Position numbers and translations under genes: made by a program
Notes under the pieces: model-generated
What the model was told of the DNA's origin: nothing
What the model saw: the letters and a program-made list of their open reading frames with translations, nothing else
Database searches by the model: none
Assembly (NCBI GenBank): GCA_029933635.1
Contig: JAOZNS010000001.1
Location: 1-37,884 of the forward strand
Reading direction: 5' to 3'
Source of the DNA: Candidatus Zixiibacteriota bacterium
GTDB taxonomy: Bacteria > Zixibacteria > MSB-5A5 > SM1-73
DNA: 37,884 nt
In this document: piece after piece, positions 35,057 to 37,884 of the stretch
Layout of the letters: each line of letters begins with the position of its first letter
Position numbering within the stretch: the stretch's first letter is position 1

Positions 35057-35931
35057 ATCAACTCCTTTTTATAATCATCCTTTTCTGCCACAGAGAGATT
35101 CCTCTCTGGCGGAAAAAGCACCTCGGAGTCGAAAGAAAAATCAAAGAGGGCCGAAGCCAAGTTGGCTTTTAGCCATTCCGAGTACTCATCTTCTCGTTCT
35201 ATTACTCGCTGATAGAATGGTAAGGCATGAGGAAATCTTTTTCTCAAAAGCGAATTGATCCTTCTCTGTTTATCCTTAAGGTAGTTCATCCGGTCCAGAT
35301 ATATCTTCCTTATTCCTATCCCCTTCAACCTTTCAAAAACCGACTTCAGACACTCTATATTATCGGAGAAGAAGGGCAAAATCGGTCCAAAGAAGACGAA
35401 GGTGGGAATGCCTTCATCTCTCAGCCTTTTTAATCCTTCCAAGCGTCTTTTTAAACTGGATGCTCCCGGCTCAAATATTTTCTCCACCTCTGAATCGGCA
35501 CAGGTTATGGTGAAGCCAACCTCCTTTTCTTTTATCCTCCTTAAGATGTCTAAGTCTCTCAGGATCAAATCGGATTTGGTCTGGATGAAGATGGGAAAAT
35601 CAAAATCGGCTAAGATCCTTAAACACTCTCGGGTAAGACGATATTTCTTCTCCAGGGGCTGATAAGCATCGGTAACCGTGCCGATCATCACCGTGCCAGG
35701 CTTGACCTTTTTGATTTGCTCTTTCAGTCGATCTGCTATATTTACTTTAACGTCTACGAATTTACCCCATTTTTCGTTATGATTGGTATATTTCTTCATA
35801 AACTCAGCATAACAGTATACGCATCCATGCTGACATCCAATATAAGGATTAAGGGCATAATCCACCCCGCAAATTCCCGATTTGACCAAAGCATTCTTGC
35901 ATTCTTTTTCTGATATCTTAATTTGGTTCAT
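35053..35931 (-). CDS. Radical SAM protein, SPL/COG1533-like
   Basis: 'CQHGCVYCYA' CxxxCxxC motif near the N-terminus. About 290 aa, with layout like the spore-photoproduct-lyase-related family. Confidence 0.75.
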   Translation of the reverse strand: MNQIKISEKECKNALVKSGICGVDYALNPYIGCQHGCVYCYAEFMKKYTNHNEKWGKFVDVKVNIADRLKEQIKKVKPGTVMIGTVTDAYQPLEKKYRLTRECLRILADFDFPIFIQTKSDLILRDLDILRRIKEKEVGFTITCADSEVEKIFEPGASSLKRRLEGLKRLRDEGIPTFVFFGPILPFFSDNIECLKSVFERLKGIGIRKIYLDRMNYLKDKQRRINSLLRKRFPHALPFYQRVIEREDEYSEWLKANLASALFDFSFDSEVLFPPERNLSVAEKDDYKKELI

Positions 35932-36074
35932 ATTCTGGGTGGTTGGGAAATTTGTAGGTCAAGCATGTCCGCAGGACTGCTTGACATTGATATGAATTTT
36001 AAAATGTCAACCACTACAGTTTTAAATCGTCAACCACCCTCGCCTATGGCGAGGGATGGTTGATCCATAGCTTT

Positions 36075-37403
36075 TCAGATCTTTTCACCTATCAGATCGT
36101 AATCAGAATAATCCACAATTTTTACTTTTACAAATTCGCCTATCTTTAGATGGGCCCCCTTTACCAAAATCACCCCATCCACCTCTGGCGCCTCGGATTG
36201 GCTTCTGCCGAGAAAGTAACCATTGCCCTCTTCAGATCTGGCATCGATTAAAACGGTGAAAGTTTTTCCAATCATTGTTTGGTTTTTCTCCAAAACGATT
36301 CTCTGCTGGGTAAACATCAACTGATCCATCCTTTCCTGTTTAACTCTGGATGAAACCTGTCCTTTAAATCGGTATGCCTCTGTTCCCTCTTCCCTTGAGT
36401 AAGGGAAAGCGCCCAACTTGTCGAACCTTACATCCTCCACAAATTTGAGCAATTCCTTAAAGTATTCCTTTTTCTCTCCGGGAAAGCCCACTATAAATGA
36501 GGTTCTCAAAGTCAAATCAGGAATTCTTTTTCTTAATTTGAAGATAAGTCGTTCCACTTCCTTTCCGGTCACCTTGCGATTCATCCGGCTCAAAATCTGA
36601 TCCGAGATATGTTGAAGAGGCAGATCCACGTATTTGCACACTTTTGGATTTGAAGCAATCTGTTCGATCAACTCATCTGAAAAATGGGCTGGATGGGTGT
36701 AAAGCAGACGAATCCACTTAAGTTTTGAGATCTGTGCTAAATGAAAGAGTAGGTGAGGAAGCCTTTTTTCACCGTAAAGATCGACTCCATACATGGTGGT
36801 ATCCTGGGCCACCAGGTTGATTTCTTTCACCCCTTTTTCAGCCAGCCAGCTGGCTTCCTCTAAAATATCTTCCATCCTTTTGCTTCTGAATCGTCCTCTT
36901 ATCAGCGGTATGGCACAATAACTGCAGTGGTTATCACACCCATCCGCAATTTTTATATAAGCATAGGGTCTGCTCTGAGCCCCTCTTTTTATTTTCTTCA
37001 ATCCATTTTCTTCCCCCGGTTGACAGACTTTTAAAATTCTTTTTCCTTTCAAGACAGAGTGACATATCAGATCCACCTTATCGATTTGGCCAAGTCCCAA
37101 AAAAGCATCCACCTCTGGTAGCTTGCTCCACAGCTCCTCAGGATAGCGCTGAACCAAACACCCGCACACCACGATTTTTTTCGTTGGATCGTTATTTTTT
37201 AAGCTTATTAGATCGAATATCTTTTCGATCGATTCCTCCTTGGCTGGTTGAATGAATCCGCAGGTGTTAAGGACAAGAATATCGGCTGAGTTTCGATCTT
37301 CAACGATCTTAAAGCCTCTTTGGGAGAGAAGATCCTCGATCCTCTCCCCGTCCACCTCATTTTTAGGACAGCCCAGGCTTTCAATGTAGACTCGATATGA
37401 CAT
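36075..37403 (-). CDS. rimO: Ribosomal protein S12 methylthiotransferase RimO (MiaB-like family)
   Basis: N-terminal 'LGCPKNEVDGE', radical SAM 'CDNHCSYCAIP', and a C-terminal TRAM 'GEFVKVKIVD'. Confidence 0.85.
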   Translation of the reverse strand: MSYRVYIESLGCPKNEVDGERIEDLLSQRGFKIVEDRNSADILVLNTCGFIQPAKEESIEKIFDLISLKNNDPTKKIVVCGCLVQRYPEELWSKLPEVDAFLGLGQIDKVDLICHSVLKGKRILKVCQPGEENGLKKIKRGAQSRPYAYIKIADGCDNHCSYCAIPLIRGRFRSKRMEDILEEASWLAEKGVKEINLVAQDTTMYGVDLYGEKRLPHLLFHLAQISKLKWIRLLYTHPAHFSDELIEQIASNPKVCKYVDLPLQHISDQILSRMNRKVTGKEVERLIFKLRKRIPDLTLRTSFIVGFPGEKKEYFKELLKFVEDVRFDKLGAFPYSREEGTEAYRFKGQVSSRVKQERMDQLMFTQQRIVLEKNQTMIGKTFTVLIDARSEEGNGYFLGRSQSEAPEVDGVILVKGAHLKIGEFVKVKIVDYSDYDLIGEKI

Positions 37404-37440
37404 AAATTCTTAAGTTGTTCAAAGTTGTTACGGGAATATA

Positions 37441-37884
37441 TCAGAACTGTAATTTCAACTGAGGATTCTCTTTTTTTATTATAGCCGCCACCGACTTCAC
37501 AAGTTTCTCTGCATATCTTATGGCGTTTTTTGCTTCAGTTCTGGAAACGGTAGGCGTTAGTTCATAAATTAATACATTTCGTTTTTTCCTCATAATGTCA
37601 AAATGCTTAGTCAAATTTTTGTAGCGTGCACCCATTATAAATGAAACAAACTCAACCACCGTTTTGTGTTGGAATCCATCTGCGGGGCGAAATCCTTTCA
37701 TTTGCAAAAGAGCCCTTCCCACACGCAACATGGCTGTATATGCCACTGAATAAGCCACTCCCTCATCGATATTCAAATTTTCCCTCGCTACATCTATTTC
37801 TTTTTGAGCACGAAGTATGAGTCCGGTTATCGCATCAAAATCACATCTCTGGGGTTTAAGGCGACCATCTCTTGAATATCGTTT
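37441..37884 (-). CDS. HEPN-domain protein (5' end lies beyond the window edge)
   Basis: The frame stays open up to the window end. 'AYSVAYTAMLRVGRALLQMKGFRP..HKTVVEF...MRKKRNVLIYE' matches the HEPN (PF05168-like) pattern. The track TTG start at 37776 is probably internal. Confidence 0.6.
   Translation of the reverse strand, partial: KRYSRDGRLKPQRCDFDAITGLILRAQKEIDVARENLNIDEGVAYSVAYTAMLRVGRALLQMKGFRPADGFQHKTVVEFVSFIMGARYKNLTKHFDIMRKKRNVLIYELTPTVSRTEAKNAIRYAEKLVKSVAAIIKKENPQLKLQF

Overview
This is a chromosomal segment from an apparently uncultivated, probably anaerobic diderm bacterium, since it encodes BamD and many Fe-S proteins. G+C is moderate. All family assignments were made by eye from motifs; no searches were run. 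Genes at 186-15588 are all on the + strand: cdaA, obg, dprA, ptsH, ptsI, a PGI/PMI isomerase, a seven-gene block of uncharacterised membrane proteins, htpX, a CNNM/CorC-type gene and dedA. Genes at 15683-37884 are all on the - strand. They run from a partial HEPN gene through rimO, an SPL-like radical SAM gene, an SLT transglycosylase, bamD, nadD, polA, coaE, tRNA-Ala(CGC), a decayed four-helix-bundle gene, a long Bacillus-type SRP RNA, dnaX and ybaB. An AT-rich type II R-M cassette follows, then recR, then a 12-gene Fe-S / NifX-like / MinD-ferredoxin / DUF5320 cluster headed by a DUF134 regulator. Five things deserve follow-up:
- The 12-gene metallocluster-type operon at 15683-23048 is the best candidate for an undescribed system.
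- The membrane cluster at 6730-12456 has a duplicated two-gene module around a predicted pseudokinase.
- The BglII-like R-M cassette is inserted inside the conserved dnaX-ybaB-recR unit.
- A 17-bp inverted repeat brackets the SRP RNA.
- A dispersed family of pyrimidine-arm/purine-arm hairpin elements lies in the intergenic regions.
No CRISPR array, transposase, integrase or rRNA was seen.
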